A stretch of DNA of 64,000 nucleotides from a virus. This document shows, in pieces, positions 33,543 to 44,491 of this stretch. The stretch lies in IMG/VR virus record IMGVR_UViG_3300045995_000473, one strand, 5' to 3'. The notes below the pieces were generated by a model. It was not told the origin of the DNA, ran no database searches, and saw only the letters and a list, made by a program, of their open reading frames with translations. The stretch's first letter is position 1. The number at the start of each line of letters is the position of its first letter. Made by a program: the position numbers and the translations under genes.

Positions 33543-36197
33543 TTAGACTACTGGCTCAATACTGCGCAGCTCGCCGCGTACCACTTCAGACATACGATTC
33601 CCACCCAATGTATTCGGGTGTAGTAATGCCCCATCGTCATTGATAAACGTGCGGATGTTTGTCGCGTTCCAGCCTGATTTACCTTGCGTGTCGATGCAGG
33701 GTATCCCGTGATATTTGCAGGCAATGCGAATCGCATCCGCATAATCTCGCGTGGTTAATCCAATCGAATTTGTGTATGCATTAGTCCAAAATGGGGACGC
33801 TGTAACGCGGGCGTACAGCTCACCGTAGGTTGTCGTCATCATTACAATGCGAGACGCGGGGAAACGAGTTAGCAGCTTCGTTACCAGTGTATAAATCGCA
33901 CCATAAAAGGTAGTTGGATCAGTTGATGCTACAGTCCCGAGAGGAATATTTTGCGCCCAGTCATTTGTGCCGCCGAGTACTGTTATCAAATCCATTGGCG
34001 TTGGAATTGCATTAATTCGAGCATCTTGACACATTGCGGTAGTGCTCCCAGATGCGCCGCTTAATGTTGTCCCAGATACACCAAAATTTGTATGAGTCAT
34101 CCCTAATGACATTGCTACATTTGGCTGCCACGCATTTTGGTTGGTAATGCTATCGCCAAGTGACGCCCACAGCTTTCCAGCCCATAGCGTTACAGGAGTC
34201 GAGTTAACAGGGAAAATAATCTCGCCATTGGTTAGCGCTAAATTGTATCCGTAGGCTTGATATGCCGTTGCCGATGCCCCGATTTCAAGTTGGAAGCTGG
34301 TGATATCTACCGTAGACAATGTGACGCGAACGAACGCTACACCTGAGGGAGCAGTAAATGCGAATGACGCAGCAGATGCGCCACCAGCAACTACGTTTTT
34401 ATTCGCGTCAAAATAGGTGGTAAAGCGCATCCCATTACCGCCAGACCCTTTTCCGTAGTACTGTGTTCCTGCAACTACAGGAATAAAGTCAGAAATCGCG
34501 AATGTAGGCTGTGTACCGACAATCGTTCCATCCGACCCCATAAAGCTATTCGCAACAAACCCCGATGCAAACCGATTAAAGCGATTTTTTCCTACTTGAA
34601 AGAAGTTAGTCTTTAACGGAGATACAGCACTATCTGCAAGTTTTGCATTAGTCACTGCCGCTGCTGCGAGCTTTAAGCTGGAAATAATCCCGTCAGCAGG
34701 AATCGGCGGGATTATCAACTCACCGTTTGGGCCGTAGACCATGAAACCAAATGTCTCATAGGCGGTTGATGCGCTTCCAAGTTCAAATTGTGCTGCCGCA
34801 AGATCAGCGGTGCTGAAAGTCAGTCTGACATAAGAAACACCAGCCGGAACGGTAATCTGCGTGGAGTTTGCACTTGCTCCCCCAGCGACAAAGCCCTTTC
34901 CTGAATCGAAAAAGGTTGTGAAGCGCATGGTTTTATTTGCCGTATATACAGATCCAGATTGCACCTTTATATAATCCGTTACGAAAAATGTCGGCTGTGA
35001 TCCAAATATTCCGCCGTCCGCACCCATAAACGAATTTGCGAGGATTGTCGCTTTATTGAAAAGGTTCCTACCGGGCGTTATAAAGTTTGTAAGGTCAGGA
35101 GAAATCGAGCCAATTGCGTGCATCAGGTTCGTTAAAGAACGCGCCTTTATCTCGGATGGGAGAAGATAAACACCATACGCCTCATATGATGTAGTGACAG
35201 ATCCAGCCTCAATCTGGAAGTTTGTATTTATTGCTGAAAAGGATACTCGTATAAATGCCGCACCTGCTGGTGCAGTGAGTGTGTGATTTGTATCTGTGTT
35301 AGACGTTCCGGATATGAATACCTTCGCTGAGGTATACCATGCGATATAGAATTTCTCGGACACGGTATAAACCGACCCTGCAACTACCAGGATGTAGCCT
35401 GAGCAGTTATATAAAGCATTGACTTGCAACGCCCCAGTTGTGGCCAGAACAAAGTTACCGGGCGCAAAATCCGAGGCGGAGGGATTGAATAAGTTTTTAC
35501 CTATTGCAAGATCAGCCTTTAACAGCAAGGAAGAGATAACTGCATCGTATGCTGACTTGCTAGGATATGTGGCAATCAGTGTTGATACAGTCACGGCATC
35601 GATCCTGCGATACTCGTACGCCGCGATAGAGCCTGTTCCTTGAACCTTGAAGTACGCGCCATTGGCTACCGCAGCGCGACCAGTTGGCTCGTCCACATAA
35701 ACACCAGCCTGAATCAATGATGCATCACGCGCGGCCTCTGCTGCCGTTTTAGCAACGGCAGATAGACCGGCTTGTGTCGTAGAAATTACAGCCTGCTCTG
35801 TGGCAATTATCACCTGTGGAGCGACAGCCGCAATACCTGCTGCGGCGCCTTCGATTTGCGCCTGTTCTTTTGTCGCGCCCTGGTGAATAATCCATTTCCC
35901 AGCCGCATAATCAGTAGCAAACACGCCAGCGATATGCGCCATCATGCTGCGATAAATAATCCCGCCCTGCGAAGCTAACACTTCCGCGTTATAGCTTGCC
36001 CCGGTTGCCCATGCGCCCATATCTGGATAGACCAGCGGCACATCTGCCAGGCCAAGCGCAGCGCGAGCAGTGGCAGATGTGCCATCACCACCTAGCAGAC
36101 CGCGCTGAAAATCCAGCGTCTGACCAAGTTTTGCTTTGAACTGCGCCTGAGTAACCGCAGGGTCAAGCAATTCGGAATTTGCGGGTAAAGTCGGCAT
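33543..36197 (-). CDS. Tail fibre/spike with three tandem beta-domains and C-terminal SGNH/GDSL esterase
   Basis: Three GKNLFN...TAPAGAAFIRVSF...FQIEAG..T.YE.YG repeats; LGDSIT, GVSG, GTND, D..LHPN blocks. Confidence 0.85.
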   Translation of the reverse strand: MPTLPANSELLDPAVTQAQFKAKLGQTLDFQRGLLGGDGTSATARAALGLADVPLVYPDMGAWATGASYNAEVLASQGGIIYRSMMAHIAGVFATDYAAGKWIIHQGATKEQAQIEGAAAGIAAVAPQVIIATEQAVISTTQAGLSAVAKTAAEAARDASLIQAGVYVDEPTGRAAVANGAYFKVQGTGSIAAYEYRRIDAVTVSTLIATYPSKSAYDAVISSLLLKADLAIGKNLFNPSASDFAPGNFVLATTGALQVNALYNCSGYILVVAGSVYTVSEKFYIAWYTSAKVFISGTSNTDTNHTLTAPAGAAFIRVSFSAINTNFQIEAGSVTTSYEAYGVYLLPSEIKARSLTNLMHAIGSISPDLTNFITPGRNLFNKATILANSFMGADGGIFGSQPTFFVTDYIKVQSGSVYTANKTMRFTTFFDSGKGFVAGGASANSTQITVPAGVSYVRLTFSTADLAAAQFELGSASTAYETFGFMVYGPNGELIIPPIPADGIISSLKLAAAAVTNAKLADSAVSPLKTNFFQVGKNRFNRFASGFVANSFMGSDGTIVGTQPTFAISDFIPVVAGTQYYGKGSGGNGMRFTTYFDANKNVVAGGASAASFAFTAPSGVAFVRVTLSTVDITSFQLEIGASATAYQAYGYNLALTNGEIIFPVNSTPVTLWAGKLWASLGDSITNQNAWQPNVAMSLGMTHTNFGVSGTTLSGASGSTTAMCQDARINAIPTPMDLITVLGGTNDWAQNIPLGTVASTDPTTFYGAIYTLVTKLLTRFPASRIVMMTTTYGELYARVTASPFWTNAYTNSIGLTTRDYADAIRIACKYHGIPCIDTQGKSGWNATNIRTFINDDGALLHPNTLGGNRMSEVVRGELRSIEPVV

Positions 36198-36206
36198 GAT
36201 TCGTCC

Positions 36207-38804
36207 TTATAAAGTTGATTTGGTAAATTCGGTTGAGTAATTCCAGGTCGTGCCGCCCCACTGGTCGCGTGCGCAGACGCGCAGGTAATAGGTCACGCCT
36301 GATGTCAGTCCGGCAATAACGCAGTTATTCGCTGTACCGGTATAAGCCAGCGTGCCCGCGCCAGGCGTGAATCCGCTGGTGGTGCTGATATGCGCCTGGT
36401 AATCCTTGAGATCTGTATCGGTATGCGCAGTCCATCCAAGCGTAATATCACCGACGGTCGCAACTGCACCGAGACCCATCACGGCGGATGGGATCGGATT
36501 GCTGAAGGCGATCTGCGAATAACCGGATAATTGACCGTTTGCACTTGCGGCGACCTTCAGCTCGAAATCGCGCCCAACATAACCATCGGTGATCGCATCT
36601 GCCAGCGAGTAGCTGAATTGAGTTGCAGTGGTCGTAATTACATGACGAAGCACACCGCCGGCCCATACATCTACATCGTAAAAAGCCGCGCCCGCAACCG
36701 CTGTCCATTGCGCAGTAAAATTCAGGCCGGTGAATGGTAGTTGCAGACCGAGATTCGCAGGGCCAGAAGGAAGTCCGCCAGTGACGATATGCGTGTAGGT
36801 GTTCACGTCAGCTAGATTTTCTTCCGCCTGCCCCCAAAGGTTGAAGCTGGTGAATTTGAAATACAGTGTTTTACCGACCAGATTGGCTGCAAGCGATTGT
36901 TTATAGATAGCCTGATCCAGCCGGGCAAAAGCCGCACCGACACTATGTGAGGCTGGCGTTGTGCCATATAAGCCACGGCGCAGATAGCTTAACGAGTAGC
37001 GCTGTGCGGCGGTCAGTGCAGCATCGCGGTAGGCGAATAATTCGCCGCCCAGGTAGCACAGCGTAATATAAGCATCCACATCAAACTGGCTGCCACCGTG
37101 CATCTGATCGGTGGTGAGTAAATCCGCGATGACGGTATTCGTCACATCAGGATTCGCCGTCGGCGCAGCAATCGCAGTGTTCAGCGTGCCGTAGCGCGCG
37201 CCGCCGACGATCTGACCGGTCTTCTGATAGCTCGACCCGTCTAGCGACAGCCAGATATTGCAGCCGCCCCAATTAACTCCACCGGCGACCGCACACCAAA
37301 GCTCATTGATACCGTTTGTCAACGCCAAAGGTGGCTCAATCATCAACGGCGCAGTAACGTGTCCAGGTGCAGCGGAAGCATTCGGCATTCCGCCGGTCGT
37401 CAACTGGCCATTACCCAGCATGGCAGAGGCAGACACGCCATAGACCAACTCTTCAGCCAGTACGGTTATTTCACCATCTTCGGCCTCATCGGTACTGATG
37501 ATACGCACGGGATACTCAATCAATCCCAGCTGCGATTCGTTCAGCGCCACAATATCCATCGGCTCAAGGCGAGCATAATTCCATCCCAGGCGGAATTCAT
37601 ATTCATTCCGGACATAGATCCCACGCTGTAACTTCATCTGTGCGCAGCGCGCAGCTACAGCAGGAGCCGCGATAAAATCCCATTTTGCTGTTTGTGCTGG
37701 ACGCAAACCATACTGCTCAATACAAGCCTGATCCTTTACTGTCACGGTAGTCAGGTTGTAGTCATTCGCCCGGCTGTTGTATTCAGCCTGAATCTCATTA
37801 AAGGCATCCACCTGAGCCTTGCGACGCACGATCACCGGCTGCTCTTTGTCCAGGTAGTCATCATCAGTCAGGTGATAAACCGGCGTGACATTCGGCATAT
37901 AAGTTACCCCGTTGCCTGTTACAGCTTCCTCGCCGTAAGGGATAACTTTCAACAACCCATCAGAATAGACCGGTGCACAGGCCAGTGCATCCATGATGTT
38001 GGTCCAATGATCAGCAGCGGATTTTTGAGCAATAAAGGCGGGTGAAATAAACAAGCTGTTAGCGATACACCAGTTATGAAACAGGCTCAGATCACCAAAT
38101 TCAGCAGCGGGTAATCCCGCGCCGTGGATCGGATGCGTCATAAAATCAATCAAGACATCTTTTGGCGCCGCATCCTCAATACTGGAGGAATACCGGCATA
38201 GGCCGCGCACTTCAAAGCTGTAGTTTCCTAATGAGGCAATGCCGGACAGCTGGTGATTGGCACTAGCCAGATAAGCCAGACCGCGATAATTCAGCGCATG
38301 ATCAGCATGGTAGGTTGACATAAATCCCCACGCGGCTTGTGATGCACCCCCGTCAAAAATCGTCCAACCTCCTGCTGCAGTCAGAAGCTGTGCAACTAGC
38401 GCAGAAATCATTGCTGTCATCCCGCCGCCAATTGCAGAATTGACTGGTGATGAAGCATTCCCAGTAACCGATGCAAGCGTGGCAAATTTGTTTTTATCCT
38501 GCCAAACCGCACCGATACTCACTTCACCTGAAGCACCGCCATGACACAGGCCGAGCGCGACCGTAGCTGAGTAGGTATACGTAGTATTTGAGGTCGTTAC
38601 GCCACCACCCTTCCCGCCGGATGACTGGGTGCTTGTATGGGGGGTTGCAACAAAATCCAGATAATCGATCAGATTTCCTGCGATACGAGTTTTACCGTAC
38701 AGCAGCGGGATCGGCGTGCCATAGGACGATTGTTGAATCTGCATCGATCCGATGCGCGGATCCGTAGTCGCAATTGTTTGCCCGCCGCCAAATAAGTTGC
38801 CCAT
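36207..38804 (-). CDS. Tail tip/host-specificity protein with C-terminal FN3-like domain
   Basis: SSYGTPIPLLYGKTRIAGNLI, YRGLAY, NYSFEVRG; C-terminal VTYYLRVCARD. Confidence 0.85.
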   Translation of the reverse strand: MGNLFGGGQTIATTDPRIGSMQIQQSSYGTPIPLLYGKTRIAGNLIDYLDFVATPHTSTQSSGGKGGGVTTSNTTYTYSATVALGLCHGGASGEVSIGAVWQDKNKFATLASVTGNASSPVNSAIGGGMTAMISALVAQLLTAAGGWTIFDGGASQAAWGFMSTYHADHALNYRGLAYLASANHQLSGIASLGNYSFEVRGLCRYSSSIEDAAPKDVLIDFMTHPIHGAGLPAAEFGDLSLFHNWCIANSLFISPAFIAQKSAADHWTNIMDALACAPVYSDGLLKVIPYGEEAVTGNGVTYMPNVTPVYHLTDDDYLDKEQPVIVRRKAQVDAFNEIQAEYNSRANDYNLTTVTVKDQACIEQYGLRPAQTAKWDFIAAPAVAARCAQMKLQRGIYVRNEYEFRLGWNYARLEPMDIVALNESQLGLIEYPVRIISTDEAEDGEITVLAEELVYGVSASAMLGNGQLTTGGMPNASAAPGHVTAPLMIEPPLALTNGINELWCAVAGGVNWGGCNIWLSLDGSSYQKTGQIVGGARYGTLNTAIAAPTANPDVTNTVIADLLTTDQMHGGSQFDVDAYITLCYLGGELFAYRDAALTAAQRYSLSYLRRGLYGTTPASHSVGAAFARLDQAIYKQSLAANLVGKTLYFKFTSFNLWGQAEENLADVNTYTHIVTGGLPSGPANLGLQLPFTGLNFTAQWTAVAGAAFYDVDVWAGGVLRHVITTTATQFSYSLADAITDGYVGRDFELKVAASANGQLSGYSQIAFSNPIPSAVMGLGAVATVGDITLGWTAHTDTDLKDYQAHISTTSGFTPGAGTLAYTGTANNCVIAGLTSGVTYYLRVCARDQWGGTTWNYSTEFTKSTL

Positions 38805-39247
38805 TATGCAGCCCTTCGCTTATATGACTTTTTAACTGCTGGACGAACACGCCAGACACTATCCAAGCGCCCGGCCAATTCGCCAGCCTGCCCATCACCC
38901 AGCACTACGCCCTGCCCGCGACAAGCATGAACGATCTCAGGCCAGATAGTGACGATCCCGGCATGCGAGGCGCAGCGACCAAAGCGATACAGCACAATGT
39001 CATCCATCTCGGGGGTGCCATCCACACGATCACAATACTGCTCCAGTCCGGCAAGATAACGCTCTTCATCTCGATGCAGCATCCAGTCCATCGGATAAGG
39101 ACCAGGATCAATATGCGGAACGAGACCTGCATCCTCGAAAACTTCACAGAGCAGCATCAAGCAATCCACGCCAACGCCTTTAATTCGTCCGCGATGATGG
39201 TAAGGCGTGCAGAGCCAACCGCGCGCGATGTCAGTAACATGACTCAT
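38804..39247 (-). CDS. NlpC/P60 tail peptidase (copy 2)
   Basis: Copy of 745-1188. Confidence 0.85.
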   Translation of the reverse strand: MSHVTDIARGWLCTPYHHRGRIKGVGVDCLMLLCEVFEDAGLVPHIDPGPYPMDWMLHRDEERYLAGLEQYCDRVDGTPEMDDIVLYRFGRCASHAGIVTIWPEIVHACRGQGVVLGDGQAGELAGRLDSVWRVRPAVKKSYKRRAA

Positions 39248-40101
39248 AGCGCAGTCTCCGGGGTAGGTACAAAAGGCTGGCCGCGAAAGTTGGCCAGATT
39301 GCCAAATGCAGCACAAGCCGCAACGGTACGCGCGCAGCCAGGACAAGCAACCACGGCATCACCTGCATGGACGGCAGCATTGAGTGGACGCATCAGGGTA
39401 AACACGCCTGACACATGATTAAGAATAGTCGATAGCGCACCCGCATTCGCACCTGATGTGAAGCGCAGCGTCCCGCCGTTAAAATAGCCTGCCGCCTGCC
39501 CCATGCCAGTGGCGACACTACGCAGGCTGGTGCTATCGAGCGAGACTGTTCCAGCAATCTCAAACGCGCCCTTGCTCAATCCGCAACCTGCATCAAACAG
39601 GCTATTCCCACAGGATGGCTGATAGACGTTGCGCGGCATCATCACATTAAGCCGTTCCATGTCTGAGCGCACTTCCATGCGCACGGTGTCGCGGGTCAGT
39701 TCGTTGATCTGCAACATCCCCTCAAAACCATGCAGCACGCCGCCACTAGTATCAGTGGGTGCATTTGCCGGCATAAAGGCGCGCTGTAACAATAAGCGTG
39801 CGCCATCCAGTCCGCCGTTATGCGCGAATGGTAAGAACGGCAGACCCGACATCAGGTGAGCACCATCCGAATGGATGTCGAGCGTCATCACATCTACCTT
39901 AAAACCGATGGCGCGCTTGATTCGTCCGCGCACGAAGATCAGATCGGTGCTGGTAAATACATGCCCACCGTAACTTAAATCCAGATCGTGCGAGGTGAAG
40001 CGATAAATCGTGTTATCGAGCAGCGTCAGGGTGTAGAGATCAGCTACATAAAACTGATTTTCAGCCAATAGGGAAATCAGCGCATTGCTGGCGGCTTTCA
40101 T
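39244..40101 (-). CDS. DUF2163-like tail tip protein (copy 2)
   Basis: Copy of 1185-2042. Confidence 0.8.
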   Translation of the reverse strand: MKAASNALISLLAENQFYVADLYTLTLLDNTIYRFTSHDLDLSYGGHVFTSTDLIFVRGRIKRAIGFKVDVMTLDIHSDGAHLMSGLPFLPFAHNGGLDGARLLLQRAFMPANAPTDTSGGVLHGFEGMLQINELTRDTVRMEVRSDMERLNVMMPRNVYQPSCGNSLFDAGCGLSKGAFEIAGTVSLDSTSLRSVATGMGQAAGYFNGGTLRFTSGANAGALSTILNHVSGVFTLMRPLNAAVHAGDAVVACPGCARTVAACAAFGNLANFRGQPFVPTPETAL

Positions 40102-40763
40102 ATTTTTACCCCCAGCGAGCCGCGCAGTTCGCATTTTTTCAGTTCCCAAAGCTGATGCATGAATTTGGAAAAATCTGCCTGATCAGCGACGAAACGGCAG
40201 CGGTAGTAATACGATCCGCTCCAGTAGATCGGCAAGCCCGCCGCCGGGGCGGTGGTAAACGTTAGCAAGCCGGTCGCTGATACAGTGTAAGCACTGGTTT
40301 CGATCGCAGTTGACCACATCATTAGACCATCACCGGTCCACATCGGCGCGTCACCATAGGCCGACCATTCCATATGCGCGACGACCAAACTGGCATTGCT
40401 GACATTGCACACTGGCTCAGTGATCCCGCCATAGGTGCGCGTCAGCTGAAAGCTACGGGTTACACCATCACCAGTGCCAATCAACTCATTGATGACTCTG
40501 TTGTCGTCCGGATCGGAAAACAGGAAGTTATCGAATGAACCGCGCCGCGCCATGAAAAACCCCATCAGGGTTTTCAATTCCGGGATTAAAAACGTGTCGC
40601 GCAAAAATTCAAACGACAGGCTGATATTCCAGATTGGAGTCGAATAATTGGCGCGGCGGATTTCGCGTCCGCTGACTGAAGTCTTGATCACTGTGGAATA
40701 GATTGGCGATTTCTGCACGGGTAGCGCTAATCCGCGCAGTGTCGGGAATACGGCGGTACTCAT
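40098..40763 (-). CDS. DUF2460-like distal tail protein (copy 2)
   Basis: Copy of 2039-2704. Confidence 0.8.
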   Translation of the reverse strand: MSTAVFPTLRGLALPVQKSPIYSTVIKTSVSGREIRRANYSTPIWNISLSFEFLRDTFLIPELKTLMGFFMARRGSFDNFLFSDPDDNRVINELIGTGDGVTRSFQLTRTYGGITEPVCNVSNASLVVAHMEWSAYGDAPMWTGDGLMMWSTAIETSAYTVSATGLLTFTTAPAAGLPIYWSGSYYYRCRFVADQADFSKFMHQLWELKKCELRGSLGVKI

Positions 40764-43147
40764 GCGAGGCGCGACCCGTTGCGGATCTGCTGCTGGAGTG
40801 ATTTAACCAACAGCCCGCCATGATCGTTAAATAATTGACGTACGCCACGCGCATCAACAGCACTGATATTGACCGTCACCCCGCCTCCGGCCGACCCGCC
40901 GCTGGCGATCATGTCGCGCAGTGGATTAGCAATATGCGCTGGTAGCACCATCTCTGACTGGTGCAATTGCGTCATTGGATTAACGCCCGCAGGGATGTCG
41001 TAACCGCCAGATGCCGAGGCGATATTTCCCGCGACATTGGCTACCACTGCAAATGCGCCTGCTGCCATCACGGGTGCCAGGAACGGACCCACGATTGGAA
41101 TTTTTGAAATACTTGCATAGACATTTGAAAGAGTTTCCCAGGCTGAATTCAAAATATTTTTGATAGACGTCATGCCGTTGGTCATCAATGATTCAGTTGA
41201 TGCTGTCTTTTCAATAACCCCGCGCGCCGCTGCACCAGCTGCTGAGGCTTGTGTTCTGAAAGCTTCATTCTTAACCCAATCCACTACCATTTTCACGCCC
41301 ATATTGGCGAATTCAAGCACGATGGATTGCGCCAACTGCCGTATCGCTTTATGGAGTGTCAGTGTTCCCTGGATAATTCCGTTAATGGATTTCTCAAACG
41401 CGCCGGAAATCGGGTCAAACATTTTATCGAACTGCTTTTTCTGCTCTTCAGCCAGCTTATCTGTGCGCTTTTTTTGTTCGATTTCCAGTGAAGAGCGCTG
41501 CTTTTCCATATCGAGATCGTGCTTGCGCTGAATTTCAGCGACTTTGTTCATCGCTTTCTGGTACTCAACCGGCTTATTTTTTACTAACTCAGCTTCAGCC
41601 TCTGCCGCTTTTTTCTCGATCTGAAAAAGCTCAGTATTCAAGCGCGTCTGCGAGTTGATTTCATCAGCTGCGCTGATTTGCCCAAGTTGAGCTTGACGGC
41701 GGATCCGCTCAAGTTCGATGGAGATGGATTGCGCTGCAACACGCCCCTGCTCAGCCAGTGCTTCCTGACTCATTTTCAGAGCTTCTTCAGCTGCTTTTTT
41801 TGCAGCGGCATCTGCTGCTTTATTTTTTGTCGCAGGACCGCCCCCGGTGATTGGAGACGGATTATGATCGGAAACCTTAATTTTTGACTCACCCAAGATG
41901 ATACGATCTATGTCATCACGTCCTTTTTGCGCGATGACGGACATGTTTTTCATACCCTCTTCGAGCACTATACTTGCACCATCTGCACCTTCTTTCCATG
42001 CAGCTTTTGCTCCCGAGAAATCAAGTTTCAGCGCCTTATTTGCTGCCTCTGCGAAAGCGATGACGCGAGCTCCAGTCGCAGCAAGCGTCATTTTGATAAA
42101 TTCAAAGGATTCCTGGAAGCCAATACGGAAACTGACCACTGCAATCTGAATCACTTTCAGCATGTTATGGAATAATTCCATTCCACTCATAGATTGGCTA
42201 TTCGAGCCAAATACTGAATCAATTGCAGCACCTATCCCACTCATCACGTCCATGATGATCTGCCCTACTACCTTTATGACATCACCAATAGCGGCGAAGG
42301 CCTCAGAAGCAATTGAAACCATTCCAGGAATAAGCTCGGTGAAACTAATAATACCCTGTGTTAAATACTGAAATCCTCCCTGCTTACGCGTTCTATCAAT
42401 GGCATTTTCAAAGGCATCACCCATGTTTGAGATCGCACCTGCGTAGCTGTTCATCTTCGCCGCCGCAGTACCCGCACCTTCGCGCCCCATCTCATCAATC
42501 AACTGGCGCATTACGTCACGACCCATGGTGCCTTTTTCAGACATCACCTGAATTTCAGCCGCTGTCTTTCCAGTCGCTTTAGTCAAAAGATCGTAAACAG
42601 GGATACCCGCATCAATCATCTGCAGCGTGTCTTGCCCTTGCAGCTTACCGCGAGCCCAGGCTTGACCGAGTGCCAGTGTGACGCGCTCAGCAGTATCTGC
42701 ACTCTTCCCGTATTTTGCCGACGCATCTGCGACCTTCTGCAACGTACCATCCATCGGATCGAGGCCGAAGTTTTTCAGCTGCATAAATGCAGCCGTAGTC
42801 TGCTGTACGGAATAAGGGGTGTTTTGCGCGAACTGCTTGATCCAGTCGAATGATTCTTTTCCAGCTGCAGCTGAACCCATCACGGCATTAAGACGGATCT
42901 CTAGTTGTTCAAAGGTGCTGGCAACTTCGATCACATGCTGCACGCTCATCGCACTACCGATGACGGCCCCTAGGCCGGCGATCTGGCTCATGGCATTACC
43001 GATGCTGGATTTAACTGAGGATTGCAGTTTCTCAAACTGCGAATTCATATTACTGACAGACGACTGCACCTTCGACTGAAGGGCACTCATCCCGGCATCA
43101 AAATCTGCCGAGGCGATACCTATCCTGATCGAGATGTCATTTGCCAT
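40760..43147 (-). CDS. Tape measure protein (copy 2)
   Basis: Copy of 2701-5088. Confidence 0.93.
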   Translation of the reverse strand: MANDISIRIGIASADFDAGMSALQSKVQSSVSNMNSQFEKLQSSVKSSIGNAMSQIAGLGAVIGSAMSVQHVIEVASTFEQLEIRLNAVMGSAAAGKESFDWIKQFAQNTPYSVQQTTAAFMQLKNFGLDPMDGTLQKVADASAKYGKSADTAERVTLALGQAWARGKLQGQDTLQMIDAGIPVYDLLTKATGKTAAEIQVMSEKGTMGRDVMRQLIDEMGREGAGTAAAKMNSYAGAISNMGDAFENAIDRTRKQGGFQYLTQGIISFTELIPGMVSIASEAFAAIGDVIKVVGQIIMDVMSGIGAAIDSVFGSNSQSMSGMELFHNMLKVIQIAVVSFRIGFQESFEFIKMTLAATGARVIAFAEAANKALKLDFSGAKAAWKEGADGASIVLEEGMKNMSVIAQKGRDDIDRIILGESKIKVSDHNPSPITGGGPATKNKAADAAAKKAAEEALKMSQEALAEQGRVAAQSISIELERIRRQAQLGQISAADEINSQTRLNTELFQIEKKAAEAEAELVKNKPVEYQKAMNKVAEIQRKHDLDMEKQRSSLEIEQKKRTDKLAEEQKKQFDKMFDPISGAFEKSINGIIQGTLTLHKAIRQLAQSIVLEFANMGVKMVVDWVKNEAFRTQASAAGAAARGVIEKTASTESLMTNGMTSIKNILNSAWETLSNVYASISKIPIVGPFLAPVMAAGAFAVVANVAGNIASASGGYDIPAGVNPMTQLHQSEMVLPAHIANPLRDMIASGGSAGGGVTVNISAVDARGVRQLFNDHGGLLVKSLQQQIRNGSRLA

Positions 43148-43149
43148 TA

Positions 43150-43407
43150 TTATCGCCCACCGCTTTTTATAAAATCGTCCATCAATTTATCAAGGTCTTG
43201 CTGCTGCTGCGCTTCATCTGCATTTTCTTCATACTCTTTTGGCGCTTGCTGACGCTCAAAACCCATGAATTCCTGCAACATGAAACAGATGTCACCGAGA
43301 ACAATGTGGGCTGGCGGGTGTTTGACCCAGTATTTAGTCAGCGCCGCCAGTTTGATCAAATCAACGTGCCAGTCGATGTAGTCCCACGTCCAACCCATCG
43401 ACACCAT
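43150..43407 (-). CDS. Chaperone extension frame (copy 2)
   Basis: Copy of 5091-5348. Confidence 0.7.
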   Translation of the reverse strand: MVSMGWTWDYIDWHVDLIKLAALTKYWVKHPPAHIVLGDICFMLQEFMGFERQQAPKEYEENADEAQQQQDLDKLMDDFIKSGGR

Positions 43408-43433
43408 TAAATGGCAATAGACATCATCCCAGT

Positions 43434-43736
43434 CTATTGGCTCGCTGCCGGAGCTTCCCCCGATTGATTTTCCGTTCCGCTATTGCCCATCACTAGATTG
43501 AATGCGTCAGGCAGATTGGCAAGATCAAGTAATTCATCCAGCTTGGACTCTGTCATCTCAGGGTAATTGCGCTGTAATGACATCAGCACAATGTCTGCCA
43601 TCACCAGCATATCTGCGCCTTTTTCCTTTCCGGAAAACAGGTCTTTGTACTTGCGTACACAGGCCATCGGTACAGGCGGGGCGATGAATGTTTCGCCGCC
43701 CAGAATCAGTTCTTTACCAGCAATCAATTTGGCCAT
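43434..43736 (-). CDS. Tail assembly chaperone (copy 2)
   Basis: Copy of 5375-5677. Confidence 0.75.
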   Translation of the reverse strand: MAKLIAGKELILGGETFIAPPVPMACVRKYKDLFSGKEKGADMLVMADIVLMSLQRNYPEMTESKLDELLDLANLPDAFNLVMGNSGTENQSGEAPAASQ

Positions 43737-43738
43737 GA

Positions 43739-44476
43739 TCAGTTAGCAATCGAGATTTCGCCCAGGGAATCGCTGTCATCTACCATCGCCTCAAAATCAA
43801 AGTTGGGGATGGTAAAATCTTCGATCTTGGTCGCCAGCAATGACAGTTTTGAGCTCACCAACTTGTTTAGCTTTACCGTTTTTGTCTTGCCGTTGAAGGT
43901 CTGGGTGAAGATACCCATAAAGGTTACAGTCGTACCAACTGGCTTATTTTGCAGGGCGATTCGGCGACCGCCGGTAGCGCTGGTATAGGTATAGTCAACC
44001 AGCACATTCACTGCATTATCGGTGGCATTGAAAGTGTAGCTCCCAAAAGCGTCACAGCTATATTCGCCGACTGCTGGCGTGGTAGTTACTTTCTTAAACG
44101 GAACACCGGTTTCGGCATGCACTACGCCAAGATCTGTACCGAAAGTGGCGACATGAGTAAGAACAACTGCACCGGCAGCAATAGCATGCGCTTCATCACT
44201 GGCCGTCAGCAGCTGGCCATCAATTGCCGTCTGACCAAAGAACACTTCATTCAGGACATCTGCATTGAATCGCGCCACGGTTACCTTGCCGGTAACTTTT
44301 GCAGTACCACGCGCGATGATCGCGGCCAGATTGCCATCACCATACAGCGTCTTGGTCGTGAACTGCATATCCAGCGCCACGTCTTGCAACTTCGCCAGCT
44401 TGCGTGGGGTACCGTCAGAACCAATTACATAAAATGCACCAGCGCCAAATACTTCCATACCCTGTTTAGTGCCCAT
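43739..44476 (-). CDS. Major tail tube protein (copy 2)
   Basis: Copy of 5680-6417. Confidence 0.7.
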   Translation of the reverse strand: MGTKQGMEVFGAGAFYVIGSDGTPRKLAKLQDVALDMQFTTKTLYGDGNLAAIIARGTAKVTGKVTVARFNADVLNEVFFGQTAIDGQLLTASDEAHAIAAGAVVLTHVATFGTDLGVVHAETGVPFKKVTTTPAVGEYSCDAFGSYTFNATDNAVNVLVDYTYTSATGGRRIALQNKPVGTTVTFMGIFTQTFNGKTKTVKLNKLVSSKLSLLATKIEDFTIPNFDFEAMVDDSDSLGEISIAN

Positions 44477-44491
44477 TTCAAATCTCCTTGA

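Larger units (their letters stand above)
1..38059. mobile_element. Temperate phage genome, one full circularly permuted 38,059-bp unit
   Basis: Complete set of terminase, portal, capsid, tail, lysis, integrase, repressor and primase genes; sequence at position 1 recurs at 38060. Confidence 0.97.

Noticed and set aside
33543-38804. Additional DGR target in tail fibre or tail tip genes
   Set aside because: By-eye scan found no copy of the invariant GAGTTCCGTGTTCGCCCCTTCCG block there; a computed alignment is needed to exclude a diverged VR.
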